A stretch of DNA of 64,000 nucleotides from the human T2T-CHM13v2.0 reference genome, Homo sapiens. Each line of letters starts with the position of its first letter. Within the stretch, counting starts at the first letter, position 1. The stretch lies in the NCBI RefSeq assembly GCF_009914755.1, contig NC_060935.1; one strand, 5' to 3'. The notes under the pieces are model-generated. The model saw only the letters and a list, made by a program, of their open reading frames with translations, searched no databases and was not told the origin of the DNA. Below, piece by piece: positions 42,713 to 56,544 of this stretch. Position numbers and translations under genes: made by a program.

Positions 42713-44484
42713 CTATTAAGAAAATGCTCCTGGGTACTAACAAAATAGAGTATAGCAAATGAGCTGAAATTACTTTTAACTTTATCAAATATGTGATATA
42801 AAGGTGTTAATGTTTATTAACATGGCTTCATGTTAATAGCTCCATCAAGGATCAGATGTTTATAGCAGTAAGAATTCTGTATGATTATTTTACATCTTTT
42901 GCTTTAGACATGAGACCATCATTAACAGGGAAGAAATAAACTGATGTCAAAAAGAAAGAATATGTATATACTTTGCATTTTCCATTAAAATGCTAAATTT
43001 CGTGCACAGAAAGAAATTCAGCATGACATATATAGCTTTATATTTCCATGACTGTCTTCATACATTTTGAGTTATAGTCATATCAAGAAACTTGACTTCC
43101 CTTAAACACAATATCCACTGCCTCATTTGCCGTACTTTTATACATGATGTTATCTCTAATGGGAACATAATCTTATTTCCTGCTTCTTTAATTAATACTT
43201 ATTTTTTCCAATACTCAAGTAGGTATTACCTCCTGTGGGAAACGTTTCTTGATTTTCTTCCGTATCTAACATGTATTAAGTGACCTTATTCAGTGTACAT
43301 ATAATATACTATGCATAACTATTCAACAGGTATAATATTATAAAGATAATATTAGTTTAAGATGTTGTGTGTGTTTGTGTAACTTGAATAAGCTTCTGTA
43401 ACAAATAGATCATAGGAGGTATAGTGGCTCCAAGATAAATGGATGCTTTTTTCTCACCTACCTAATAGTTCAACGTGGGTGGCTCTGCTTCACATAGCAT
43501 AACTTACGAAGCTCTGCTTCTTCCATCCTATGGCCCCTGCTTCCCCTAGATTTTCACTGAAATCTGCATCCATCAGGCAAGAGTGAAGAGGTAGTGAAGG
43601 AGATATAGCTTCTTCTTAAACGTCTTTGTCTGGAAATGGCACATATCACTTCTACTTGCATTCCAGTGGTTAAAACATCATCATTTGGCCTCAAGTAGCT
43701 AAAAAGGAAGCTGAAATGGAGCCTTACTCTGTACATAGGAAGAAGAAACATTGATTTATCTTGGACAGCTAGCAGCAACATTAAACTGAAAGTAATTAAA
43801 CTACTACATTAGTCAAGCTTTGGGTAGGCATGCCCAGTGGGGACAGAGAACAGCATGTCAGGGCCCACTTTGGGCCAACGCATTGGTATGATGAGTGTCA
43901 CATATCTGGAATCAACAGTTCTAACTGATAAATTTGTCTTCCTTTTTCTCTTTCCCTTTTTGAAAGTTCAGCTTTCAGGTGTTGTACACAATATGTAGGC
44001 AGTGGGAAGTGGGCAGTGGGCAGTGGTATGTAGGGGCCCAGCTATGAGCCAGCATATTAATACAGGGAAATGAAATTTTGGGGTTGTGCTTTCTAAATGT
44101 CCTTTTCTTCACCCTTCTTTCTGCCCTCTTTCACCTTCTTCCTTTCCCTACTTCTCCCCTTCCTTTGTGTGAGCTTTTAGCCAGTACACCCAATATGGAT
44201 GTGAGTCAAGGACACTGCTTTCTGCTGTCATGGTGAGGAGTTTGTTAACAACGGCAGGACTGAATAAATTAGGAAATTCATTTAGGGTAGTGGAAAACAT
44301 ATTTCTCATTGTTGAAAATGGGACTTATGAATATGGAAAGGAGATAGTTTTGGAATGCAAGTAGAAGCACCAGTGTGCACAATGATCAAATATGATAGAG
44401 CTCCAGTTAAAATTAAAATATAAAAACATATAGATATACACATATGTGCATATTATTTGTATACATAGATTTGCTTTTTTAAAT

Positions 44485-44940
44485 TTAACTGTTTTTAACT
44501 TTTATTTTAGGTTCACCGGCACATGTGCGGGTTTGACATATAGGTAAATTGTGTGCTGTGGGAGTTTGGTGTACAGATTATTTCATCGCTCAGATGATGA
44601 GCATAGAAGCTAATAGTTTTTTGATCTTCACCCTCCTCCCACTCTCCACTCTCAAGTAGGCCCCAGTGACTTTTTTCCCCTTCTTTGCATCCATATGTAC
44701 TTAATATTTAGCCCCCACTTATAAGTGAGAACATGTGGCATTTAGTTTTCTATTCCTGTGTTAGTCCACTTAGGATAATGGCATCCAGTTCCACCCATGT
44801 TGCTGTGAAGGGCACGATCATTTTATATTTTATGGTTGCATAGTATTCCATGGTGCATATGTACCACTTTTTTTAAAATCCAGTTTATTGTTAATGGGCA
44901 TTTAGGTTGATTCCATATCTTTTTCACTGTGAATAGTGCA
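44485..44940 (-). mobile_element. L1PA(old)/L1PB 3' end, antisense, nested in an L1MC/MD-type fragment (about 44270-47100, +)
   Basis: CCCACTTATAAGTGAGAACATGTGGCATTTAGTTTTC...GCATAGTATTCCATGGTG. Confidence 0.85.
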
Positions 44941-45225
44941 TAAATAGATTTTTTTTACCTGACTCTCTTTAGAGGACATACATGTAATTACACCGCAGTT
45001 ATGAGGAGCACATATAGTGTCCTATTATTTGTTTCTAGATACTAGGGAGCCAGAGCTTCCTGGGGAAGAGTACCTGACTCCAGGGCTGAGGCAGGGAAAA
45101 TACAAGATGATCTGGTAACATCCTGTTGTGCCAGAGGTACTCTAGGGGCATGTGCAAAAGACATAAGAACCAGTTGAAGGAGCTTCCACTAGTCAAGTCT
45201 GGGACAAATTCAAATAAGTGATAAT

Positions 45226-45665
45226 TGACACGGCAGGAGCATCGCCATCTTGGACAAGCACTGCCATCTTAAAGCTCCCCTTGATCAAAAACTGCCTAAA
45301 TCCAAAGGGCATCAGCCTAATGGCTAAGGTTAGCATGACCATAAACCATAAATGACATCTCCGACCAGAAACATTCGAACCGTAATATAAACCTCTCCCC
45401 AACCAGAGACATGCCAGCCCTGAGATAACCTCCCTTCCAACCAGAGACATTCCAACCCTGACATAAAACTTCTCCCCCACACAGAAACATTTCAAGTCTG
45501 TAATAAGTTCCCTCACCCTAAAACCAATACATACTCTTAGTCTATAAGAGAGAGCACTCCTGACTGAAATTGGCCAGAAGCCCCTCTCAGGTTTATTCTC
45601 CAAAATAAACCTGTCTTTGACTGTTGAGCCACTTTTTGTGTTTCTTTTCTCTTTAACTCTTAACA
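45226..45665 (+). mobile_element. ERVL-class solo LTR (LTR47-like), 440 bp
   Basis: TG...CA ends, perfect 5-bp TSD ATAAT (45221-45225, 45666-45670), AATAAA near 45604; family name recalled, not searched. Confidence 0.85.
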
Positions 45666-46477
45666 ATAATAATGACCAGTTATAATATTTTGAGTAAAAT
45701 AAGAATTTATGAGATTTTACTAACATAAATGGATACATATATAAATTGGGGGTGGTGCTGGAATTGGAAGGGAATTCTTCCAGGCCAACTAATTAATCTA
45801 CAAAGAATTATGGAATTAGGAGATTACCACTTGATAATCATCAGTGAAAACTCATTCAGGCAGAATTCATCAATGAATGCCAAATCTGGTGTGTAAAAGA
45901 CTGATGAAAAATGGAGTATTCACATAGTCTCAAAGTAACTTTCCATCAATGCATAATGATTATTTATTGATAACATACTTATTAACTTTCTAGTGTAGAA
46001 ATCTCACAGGCACCATTAATTAAATAATAAATGTTACCATCATCAATAATGAAACAAAATCAGCATGTATACCTTCTGATATACACACTGCAAAGAGCTC
46101 AGCATCACTTCTGTGGTATTCTTGCCAGAAACATACAAATCTTAAATATAACAAACATTACAAATGGAGTCACATTCTACACAGTAACTAGGCTAATTTT
46201 TAAAAATGTTAGGACCATTAAAGACAAAGAAAAAATAAGGAACTATTCCAGATTGAAAGGTATTAAAGAGATATGACAATGAATAAAACCACTGATTATG
46301 GATTGGCTAGTGGGCCTAAAAAGGGTATATCTGGGATAATTAGGAAAATGTAAGTGGGGTCTGTGGACCAGAAAATAATATTGCATCAATACTTATTTCC
46401 TGATTTTGATGGAAACATTGTGGCTATGTGGCAAAATGTTCTTGTGCATAGGAAATATATATTGTAGAATTAAGAGG

Positions 46478-46957
46478 TATGGTAGGAAGAATAATAGCCC
46501 CTAAAGGTATCAGGTTCTGAAACCTACACCTGTTTAAGTGTTGTCATATAACAAATAAGGTTCTTTGCAGATGTGAGTAAGTTAATGATTTTGAGACTGG
46601 GAGATTATCTTGGATTGTTCAGGTGGGCCCTAAAATACCACCACAAGTGCTCTTATCAGAGAGAGGCAAGGCGATACTTAATCCAGACAGAAGAGGAAAA
46701 GAAAGTGTTAAGATGGAGGCAGAAATTGGGTTAATATGGAGGCAAGCCAAGAAACATTGATAACCAACATTAGTTGAAAGAAGCAAGGAACAGATCTCTC
46801 TCTGGAGGAGACCCCCATCCTGCCAATACCCTGATTTCAATCCAATGAGGCTAATTTTGGATTTCTGGTCTCCAGAACCATGAAAGAATAAATTTCTGTT
46901 GTTTAAATCCACCAAGTTTGTTGTAATTTGTTAATGCAGCCACAGGAAACTAATACA
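46478..46957 (+). mobile_element. MLT1C/D-type MaLR solo LTR
   Basis: TGGTAGGAAGAATAATAGCCCC...CTTTGCAGATGTG...AATAAATTTCTGTTGTTTAA...GCAGCCACAGGAAACTAATACA. Confidence 0.85.
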
Positions 46958-47582
46958 AGGAGTAATGGGGTATCATAACTGAAACTTACTCTTAACTTTT
47001 TCGAAACAAGAGAAATGTTAACAAGGAAATCTGGGTGAAAGTTATACAACAGGTCCCTATATTTTTTCAATTTCTATGTAAATTTTAAATTACCGAATAA
47101 TGCTTTTAAGAATTTAAAAATTAGAAGATTAAGTAAAGGTTAAAAGCTATTGCCTGGATAACATGAAATGGGAGGAAGATCAACACTTTCTAGAGGGATT
47201 CAGACATTCAATATTCTACTATTTTATCCTCTCAAAATGTTGGCCTTTATCCTAAAGCTATTTATTTCCTAGTTCTAAAGTGGCTATAGTATCTACAGAT
47301 ATCATATTTGTTTTCAAGATCAGAAAGAGAATAGAGAAAGATGATAAAGGTTCATGCCAGTTGAACCTGTGTCTTTTTTATCAAGAAAGCAGATGTTGTT
47401 TTAGGTATCTCCAGAAAATATTTGTTTAAATCTTGGTAGCCAGAACTATACCCAACTGTGAGGGAAGCTGTGAAGGTGGGCATTTGCCTTCCCAGCTTCT
47501 GGAGTAGATATGAAAATGGAGAAAAAGATTGAAAAACATCTGTTGAGTTGGCTAACAAACAGTGTTATCTCCCTGGCAATAG

Positions 47583-47630
<48 letters not shown>
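47583..47630 (+). repeat. (AGAT)12 tetranucleotide STR
   Basis: 48 bp perfect repeat. Confidence 0.98.
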
Positions 47631-47633
<3 letters not shown>

Positions 47634-48561
47634 CTGTATTTAGAGAGCCTAGCACAATGCTTTAAATATATGTTCAATAAATGCTTATAATATTAATTGG
47701 TGTATGTATGAATGAATCATAAATGGATGAATTAAAGAATCTTATATTCCAAGTTTATATTAGCCATGTGAATAAATGTCAGCTTTATTAGAGCATAGTC
47801 CCCAATATAGAATCATTTCAGAATACCTTAACACCCTAGGCCATCATTTGTGTTTCAGTTTGTAAGTTTTACATTCTATCATGATTTTTTGTCTTAGATT
47901 TTCTTTTGTGTGCCCAATTTTATGGTATTACATTAAAACCGTATCAACTTTTAGCATGAATTGTTACAAAAATCTCTTATCTCTCATCTCTTTAATGTCT
48001 TCTCTCTCACCCCATTAAATGAGGTAAGTAAGTAGGAACATACTAGAAAGAAAAATAGGAAAGACAAAACTTGGTAAATAATTAGGTGTAAGAAGTGATT
48101 CATAAGAAGTAGTCAATCAATATTCTGAAGACCTTGTCTTAGATAATTGCAGTGGATGGGAATATCAAACACAGAAAGATAATTGAGAAGACTTATCATG
48201 TAAAACTGATGAGTGCTGTTTTAGACATAAGGAGTCTGATGTGTCAATGGGACATACTTGTGCAGATAAATATGTATTTGAGAATTAGACGTTTAGGACT
48301 TAAATTAAGAGAAGTTAGAACAAGAGATATAAGTTTGGTATTCTTCTGCAGGTAGGTGCTAGTTAAAGCTTGTGAATAGATAAAATTTCTCAAATATATC
48401 ATATAAAGTATAAAGAAAGAGGACTATGAATAAAATCTTGACGTTTCACAAACCGTGATGGCAGCCAATTCCAGCACTGGGAGAAACAATCTGGTATAGA
48501 GGAAGGGAGTGAGAAGACATCATTTCTTTTTCTGATACAAATTCAATATGCAATTTACATT

Positions 48562-48930
48562 AATGCTTCTCAAACTGTAGTGTGAACAAAAATTATCTTG
48601 AAGTCTTGTTAAAACACAGATTTTCAGGTCCTATTTCCAGATATTCTAATTCAAGGGGTTTGAAAGGATGCCAGGGAGTTTGAATTTCTAACAAACTCTC
48701 ACATCATGCTGATGCCTCCCACCTAGGACCACCCTTCATTATATCTCAAAGCTCTAAATTAAACCTTCTTACTCACAGTGTGGCCCATGGGCCAGAAACA
48801 TTGGCATCACCTGGGAGCTTGATGGAAATGTAAAATCCTAGGCTCCAACCCAGATCTACTGACTCAGAAACTGCCTTTTAACATTATCCCCAGTTGACTC
48901 ATATGGGCATGAATGTTTGTGAAGCACTGC
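48562..48930. mobile_element. Two adjacent MER5-family hAT elements in opposite orientation
   Basis: TGCTTCTCAAACT...CTTGTTAAAACACAGATT...GGACCACCCTT and CAGTGTGGCCCATGG...GCATCACCTGGGAGCTTG...TTTGTGAAGCACTG. Confidence 0.75.
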
Positions 48931-50369
48931 CATCTAAATGTATTATATAACATGTTGTTTCATTTCTGTTAAAATGACAATGTTGGTCTCATTTTGATTC
49001 CAACATACTATGAGGTAAAAAATTAGGCTTTGAAGCCAAACATTGGTAAGTCAATTGTGCCTCCACTAACCTTAGTTTCCCCATGTATAAAATGGAGATC
49101 ATAATAGTGTCCTCCCTTGGTTATAACAAGAATGAAATAATGTTATGAATATAATGTGCCTAGCTTCCATTTGAACAGAGAGCTATGGTCTCACGTTGGT
49201 TTTACACTTTCACATGAATATTCAGGTTGCAGCTAGCACATGGCTGCTTGTGAAATTGCTTATTTGTTATGTTGGTTCCACCTATTTGATTAGTTAATTT
49301 GATAAATTTAATGATGCTTTAAGTGAAATGATTCCAGTTAATGATTATTGATTTTAACCTCAAGAAGAGGAAAATAAAATTGATTCCTAGGTAATTACAA
49401 CTTAAAATACATAGAGTGTGTGCAGATACTGACTGATTAAATATAATGAATATTTAAAAACTGATATAAAATTGTGACCAAGTTGGAGAGAATCGGATTG
49501 TGGTTGTGACAGTAATTAAAACAAAAATTGAGACCTGGCTGGAGTGTACTTCGGTCTCGTGAATCTTGCGAATCTACCATTTCCTCTCCTTTCTTCAATG
49601 TCACTTTTTTTATTTCTCAAATAGAACTATGGTAGCCTGAATCTTATCTTCCAAAGGTTTTGTTTCTTTATCCAATAAATAGATATAATATATCTAATAC
49701 ATGGGGTTGTTGTAAGAAAATTTAAAAATCCAAGTGCTGAACACAGGGCTTGGCAAAAAAAAAAATGAATTAATAATTGCTGTTATTATGTAAATTTTAC
49801 CCATAATAGATTTGAGGAGGAGGTTGATGATGCTGAGTTTTTCAACACTGTATTCTTTAGGATTAGTAGCACTCTATTATATACAGAAGCAACACTCAAT
49901 AATTGTTTGCTGAATTGAGCATCCAGAGTAAGTTTTTATATTGTGGTAGTTGCAATTAAGCAGTAAATCTGACACACACACAAATTGTTTTTTCAGAGAT
50001 AAAAATGGAAGTTCTTTTATGCTGCTAGTGAAGACTTAACTTCCTCCAACTCTTTTCTATAAATACAAAAAAAAAAATACTTAGATATGCTATTTTTTCC
50101 TGTATACTTAGCATATTCCCCTTAAATAATACTGTTGGAAAGAGAAAAAATGAATAATGTCATCCCTAGTAAACTAGTCAATATTGAGGGAGAAACTCTC
50201 AGTTTAATTTTCTAATAGATCATATAAAACTCTATTTCTCATGTGGGGAGATTTAGAGTCTAGCAAGATTTTATTCTCAAATAATAGATTCATTTGAAGA
50301 GATTAAAACAAGTCTTTGTCAAAATGAAGGAACATTTTTAAATGAATTTGAGAAATTCATCCCAGGTGA

Positions 50370-50706
<337 letters not shown>

Positions 50707-51006
50707 AAGTCTTTAAAAAACTGAGTTCATTAACAAAAATAAAGTTCCATTCGGAACGCAGAAATTTAAATTTCCAAAGTATTATCTACTTGCTATCAGC
50801 TATGAAGGTCTTAAATATTTGAAGTGGTGTCATATACAAGAATTTGAGACTAGCTCAAAATAAGTGACCACAGCAGGTAAGAAGCACATTTCTGCAAGTG
50901 AAAGATTAAGATTTTAATTCAAGATTTCATATTTTGTTGCCCTGGATATTCAAGGAGAAGCCACTTGCTATAGAGGGAAAGACAGATGCAACATGCATAG
51001 AATTAC

Positions 51007-51065
51007 CTCAAAATTCTGTGCTGCTTATGACAATTGACATGAATGTTATTTGGCATCACAATGCC
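51007..51065 (-). pseudogene. Exon-like segment, 59 nt, open (phase 0 to 2)
   Basis: tctctctacctatatttaccag|ggcatt...tttgag|gtaatt; GIVMPNNIHVNCHKQHRIL; follows the previous segment in frame across a 108-nt intron. Confidence 0.55.
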
Positions 51066-51173
51066 CTGGTAAATATAGGTAGAGAGAACAATTACTTTCT
51101 CTTGCACATCAACACACCTCCCTTGTCAACACATACAAACTCATAGTAATCTTGCACAAAATTGTTTTATTAC

Positions 51174-51316
51174 CCTTTCATTCAGCATTTCTGCTTATAC
51201 ATCCTTAAGTATATCATCTACTTTATTGGGTATCATATAGAAAACTGCGCATTTTCATTTGTAGTAGATCAGTTTCTGCTCCACTTGAAGCCAACCTTCC
51301 TCACAATTAGCCTGCT
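51174..51316 (-). pseudogene. Exon-like segment, 143 nt
   Basis: tttatcttgtattttag|agcagg...gaaagg|gtaata; QANCEEGWLQVEQKLIYYK*KCAVFYMIPNKVDDILKDV*AEMLNER ending in phase 0. Confidence 0.55.
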
Positions 51317-51581
51317 CTAAAATACAAGATAAATAAGTCCTAGGTATTTACTGTACAAATATAGTGCCTGTAGTTAATGTTGTATTGTACATTTAAACAC
51401 TTGCAAAGAGGGTAGATCTTATGTTAATTGTTCTGTCACAAAAAGTAATAATAATAAACAAGAAAGCTGGAAGAAACTTTTGCAAATGATGGATATATTT
51501 ATGGCATTGGTTGTGCTGATGGTTTCATGGGTGTATATTTACCTCCAAACTCATCAAGTTGTATCCATTAATTATGTACAG

Positions 51582-51807
51582 CAGGGGTGTCTACTCTTTT
51601 GGCTTCCCTGGGCCACACTGGAAGAAGAATTGTCTTGGACCACACATCAAATACAGTAACATTAACAACAGCAGATGAGCTTAAAAAAAAAAAAAAAAAA
51701 CCTCATAATGTCTTAAGAAAGTTTATGAATTTGTGTTGGGGAGCATTTAAAGCCATCCTGGGCTGCAGTCGCATGTGGCTTACAAGGATAAGGGTTGGAC
51801 AAGCTTG
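51582..51807 (+). mobile_element. MER30 (hAT-Charlie) inserted into an L1M 3' end (about 51330-51850)
   Basis: CAGGGGTGTC...GGTTGGACAAGCTTG with perfect 8-bp TSD ATGTACAG (51574-51581, 51808-51815). Confidence 0.92.
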
Positions 51808-52459
51808 ATGTACAGTATTTTGTATGTCAAGAAATTAAATTTTAAAAATGTTGAAAATATAAAATGTTGATGTTGGAGAGAAAAAAAAAAGCAGCTAATA
51901 TTTTGAGCACCTTGCATGTGCCAGTAACCATAGAAAAAGCTTTCTGTTACGTCATAGAATCCTCCCATTCTCTATTAGGTATCTATTATCTCCATTTTGC
52001 TAATGAGGTAACTGATGCTCAGAGTAGGGAACTTGTCAAAGACACACATTCAGTGAGTGGAAGAGCCGAGATTGAACGCAGGATTCCTAACTTCAATTTG
52101 TATTTCTTTAAGATTGCACTCTTTACTGTGTGAGAAAAGACATAAATACTATAGAGTGTATCAAAATCCTTCATACACCTCCTACCGTCTTTAAAACAGA
52201 CCTAGTTTTAAGAAAAATTCATTTCACAAAGAGCCATAATTTTTCATCTTCTTGTTCAGCAATGCAGTTTCATTCCTGATGCTGCTATTAACTCTTAAAT
52301 AATCTAAACCTAATGAATAATGGGAAAGTCACAGGCAGGTGAAAGGAGAATTGGGGCCTTGGAATTCTCCTGTGATGAGTAATTAGTTTATCCTGAGAGA
52401 AACCAGTCTTTTAAAACAACAGTAGCCTCTCAAGTCATGGAGGGTCTAACTAGTCTCAC

Positions 52460-52553
52460 TATCATGATTTCATAACGCCGGGAGGGTTTATTGAACTTTT
52501 GATTCCAAAATGTAAACAAAATGATTTTTTGAAACACTGGAACCAAATATTTC
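52460..52553 (-). pseudogene. Exon-like segment, 94 nt
   Basis: gcattttcttattccag|gaaata...atgata|gtgaga; one frame open (KYLVPVFQKIILFTFWNQKFNKPSRRYEIMI). Confidence 0.55.
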
Positions 52554-52793
52554 CTGGAATAAGAAAATGCACATTTATTCTCTAACTTACATATTAATAC
52601 ATATATCAAGTGACAAATGTTCTGTGAGTCTGACATAAATTTCCAAGTCATTACGTTACAGGTATTACAAAAATATTAATCCTTTCTAGGAGACTATCTT
52701 ATTTGTGTCAAGACTCTTTAGAGATGTCTGATTATTGCTGATCTGTTTTGTGAGTATACCATGCCATTTGCTTTTTTTCAGGGCCCATCTTAC

Positions 52794-52921
52794 TATTTGT
52801 AGAAAAGCCTTCAGCTTTGCCCAAAGTTGTCTTTTGCCTCATCTGTTTAATATTCTGGTTCTGACTTTCTCTGTGCTTAGGTCTGATGCTTCTGTGAATT
52901 CCTGTCTGTGGCTCTCCTGTG
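52794..52921 (-). pseudogene. Exon-like segment, 128 nt
   Basis: tactcctctctctactgcag|cacagg...caaata|gtaaga; one frame fully open, another with a single TGA. Confidence 0.5.
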
Positions 52922-53724
52922 CTGCAGTAGAGAGAGGAGTACTTTATACTCCTTTCTTTGTGGAAAAAAAAAATCACTTCCTAATAGGGGCTTGAGCCGA
53001 AATCAATGAGTAACTGAGCAGACATGTGAGACAGACATTAACATTTTTTTTTTAAACACTGTTGCTGTTGAGTCACGGTCTTTCTAATTCCCAGATTCTT
53101 ATTGAAGACCTCACATTGGCCTAACCAGGGCAAAAAGCTTGGAAATCTAAGGCATTTTATTGCATGGGCTATTTACCCAATAAAGGACTATACAATTTTA
53201 AATGTTGGAGGTAAAGAAATGTGGGAGATTCTGAAGATATGATCATTGGGAGATAAATAGAGTCTTAGTGTGCGGAGGTTGGATTTTGCAGACTTCTATC
53301 CACAGACTAATTCTTCAGTGCATATTTTTAGAATTGCCTCCTAGTTTTATAATTGAAAAAACACAGCTGAAAATTTTGGAAATATTAATCAGAAATACAA
53401 TATCTCTATTACCTACTCAATTAAAATGGCTAAAAATAAGCATTCAAATTTTGGTAAATGTGTTCTGAGTAGTTAACAAAAAATAAATTATATCTAGGCA
53501 ATGTTTGTTAATGAAATTAAGAGAGTCCTAAGTGAATGTGGTTTCTGAACATTAAGCAGGAGAGAGAACTATTGATGTCCTCAACCTAATCACTACCTCA
53601 TGTTGGTGAAATATCTAAAATCTAAGAAAGAGCTAAGAAATGCACTCCTAAAAAGTTAGTTTAATTAAATAAAAGTGTTCTTATTTTTTCTAGTAGTTTT
53701 TCCATTATAAAAATGATATAACCT

Positions 53725-54107
<383 letters not shown>

Positions 54108-55969
54108 TCATTAAGGAAAACTGAGGTAAGGATATATAGAAATTATCTGTACTATTTCTACAACTTTTCTTAAAACTAAAATAGTCCCTAATCAGAAAAA
54201 AAAAAATGAGTTTTTTAAAAAAATCTATGGTTAGGAACTATTTTTTGCCTATATTCTCTTCTCAAAGATAAAGATGTTAATCTAGGCATACAAGGTACTC
54301 TGTGATCTCTGCCTCTTCAACCTCATTTCATCAATGCTTTCTTTCATTTGGCTTCATCAATATATGCACGTGTTTGTTCTATGCCATACACTTTGTTAAT
54401 ATTTTAGATAGGCCACTGCATTCAAACATTATATGAACCTTTTTACCCAAATATTAAACATGAGGAAACTGAAGCTCAGAGACATTAGGTAATTTATCTA
54501 GTGTTACATATATTCAATGAAACATCAATATGTACAAGTCTGTGACTTCCAAACCTAGACTCAAAACTGTCCAGATTAAAATAATAATAATGAATCAGTA
54601 TAAAGTTAAATTTTTAAATGGCAAAAATTTCACATGGAAGCTTAATCTAGTTAATTGTGATCTTTATGCTATTTACAGACAAAACATTGGAATGGATTAC
54701 CAAAGGATTGCTCTCCAAACTATGAGTCAAGGAGAGACAGTCATTCGTTCTGGCTGATTTAGACATTTATTAGTCAGAAATAGTATACACAAAAAAAATT
54801 ATTTCTCTACCCCCCACCTTGCCATAAACAACTGGGTTCTTAGTTTCAGATTATAAAATTGAAATACCTAATTGATGTTTAAGTGAAAAGAACACAGAAT
54901 CAGGAGTCATTGAACTGAAGTTCGTATCTCAGCTCTGCCCTCAAATTCTGGTTACCTTCTATAGCCCTCACTTTCTTCATCTGAAGAATTAGAATAAGTC
55001 CTTATATCACAGACAGCTATAAGGGTTAAATTAGATCAGGCAAATAAATTGCCTACAGGAGAAATTGGCATCTAGGAGGCTGAATTAACTTTGAACCTGA
55101 GCTGTATCTTAATATTGATCAGCCATGTTAGTTTTTTCTTCCCTTTTGTATTCCTACAATGCAAGATAACTTGAATTTTCTATCCTCAATTTATTATGAT
55201 GTATTGCTCCAACATGTAAAAAACCTTAGGGAAAGCAAAGTGACATTTCAAAATCCTGCTGTTGGTATTGGGTAACCAATATTTTTGCAAGTCAAATAGA
55301 TTCCAATTTTTTGTTTCTATCAAAATTGAAGGAAAATTCAACAGATGATCAGCTGGTCACTAAAATTATTTTCTCATGTTCATCATGTGATTTTTGGAAA
55401 ATAGAAAGAATTAAAAACATTCAATGTCACTGCAATAGAATTTCTTCTAGCCTACTTGTTCATTTATGTGAACAGTATTTCATAGCCCTTACATTTATAA
55501 TACAATCTAAAAAATACAAATAAGTGATATATAAACCTTTAGCTTACATAAGTCTCAATTCTAATAGGAAGTAATAATTATCTATGGATCCATGAATCAT
55601 TTGGAAAAAGAACTCCACCCATCTTATAAAAATTTGTCATTGCCAAATTATTTTATCTGTAATAATTCTTTTAATTTGTAATATAGTTATAATGTTTTGA
55701 TCAATTTAATACTAAATTATTTATGAGAATAATACTGTTCAGGTTTTTAAAATACAGGGAAATAGACACACACATATATACATGCACCTGTACACACAAT
55801 TTATCTATTTTTTGTTTTATACACACACAATAAATCTTTAAAAGTATATCTTAAATTATAATTAAATTTTGTGAAAGAAATGTAATGAAAATACAAATTA
55901 TAGAGGAATATTAATTTTTAACTGTTAAAATCAGTACATTTGTACTGATTTCCATCTTATATAGAAGTT

Positions 55970-56279
<310 letters not shown>

Positions 56280-56445
56280 TTACAGGCATGATATAGCCTC
56301 CTTTTTCAATGTTTCTTTGGTCAGGTATTCAAATTCACATTTTTTAAGTGTATGCTATAACAATAACAGACAAATCTGGACTACTGACATAAATCTGTTG
56401 GATTATATCATTACAATTTTTTCTTCCTCATAGCAATTCTCTTAC

Positions 56446-56517
56446 TACTTTACATTCACACACAAATAAAACTCTATTGTCTCCTTAGTTGTTTCTCAAA
56501 TTTATCTTAATTGGCAC
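56446..56517 (-). pseudogene. Exon-like segment, 72 nt (phase 0 to 0)
   Basis: aactctttag|gtgcca...aaagta|gtaaga; VPIKINLRNN*GDNRVLFVCECKV; phase matches the previous segment. Confidence 0.4.
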
Positions 56518-56544
56518 CTAAAGAGTTCATGTGCATAGTAACTA

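Noticed and set aside
45193-45738. 181-aa minus-strand ORF
   Set aside because: Antisense read-through of a solo LTR; no domain features.
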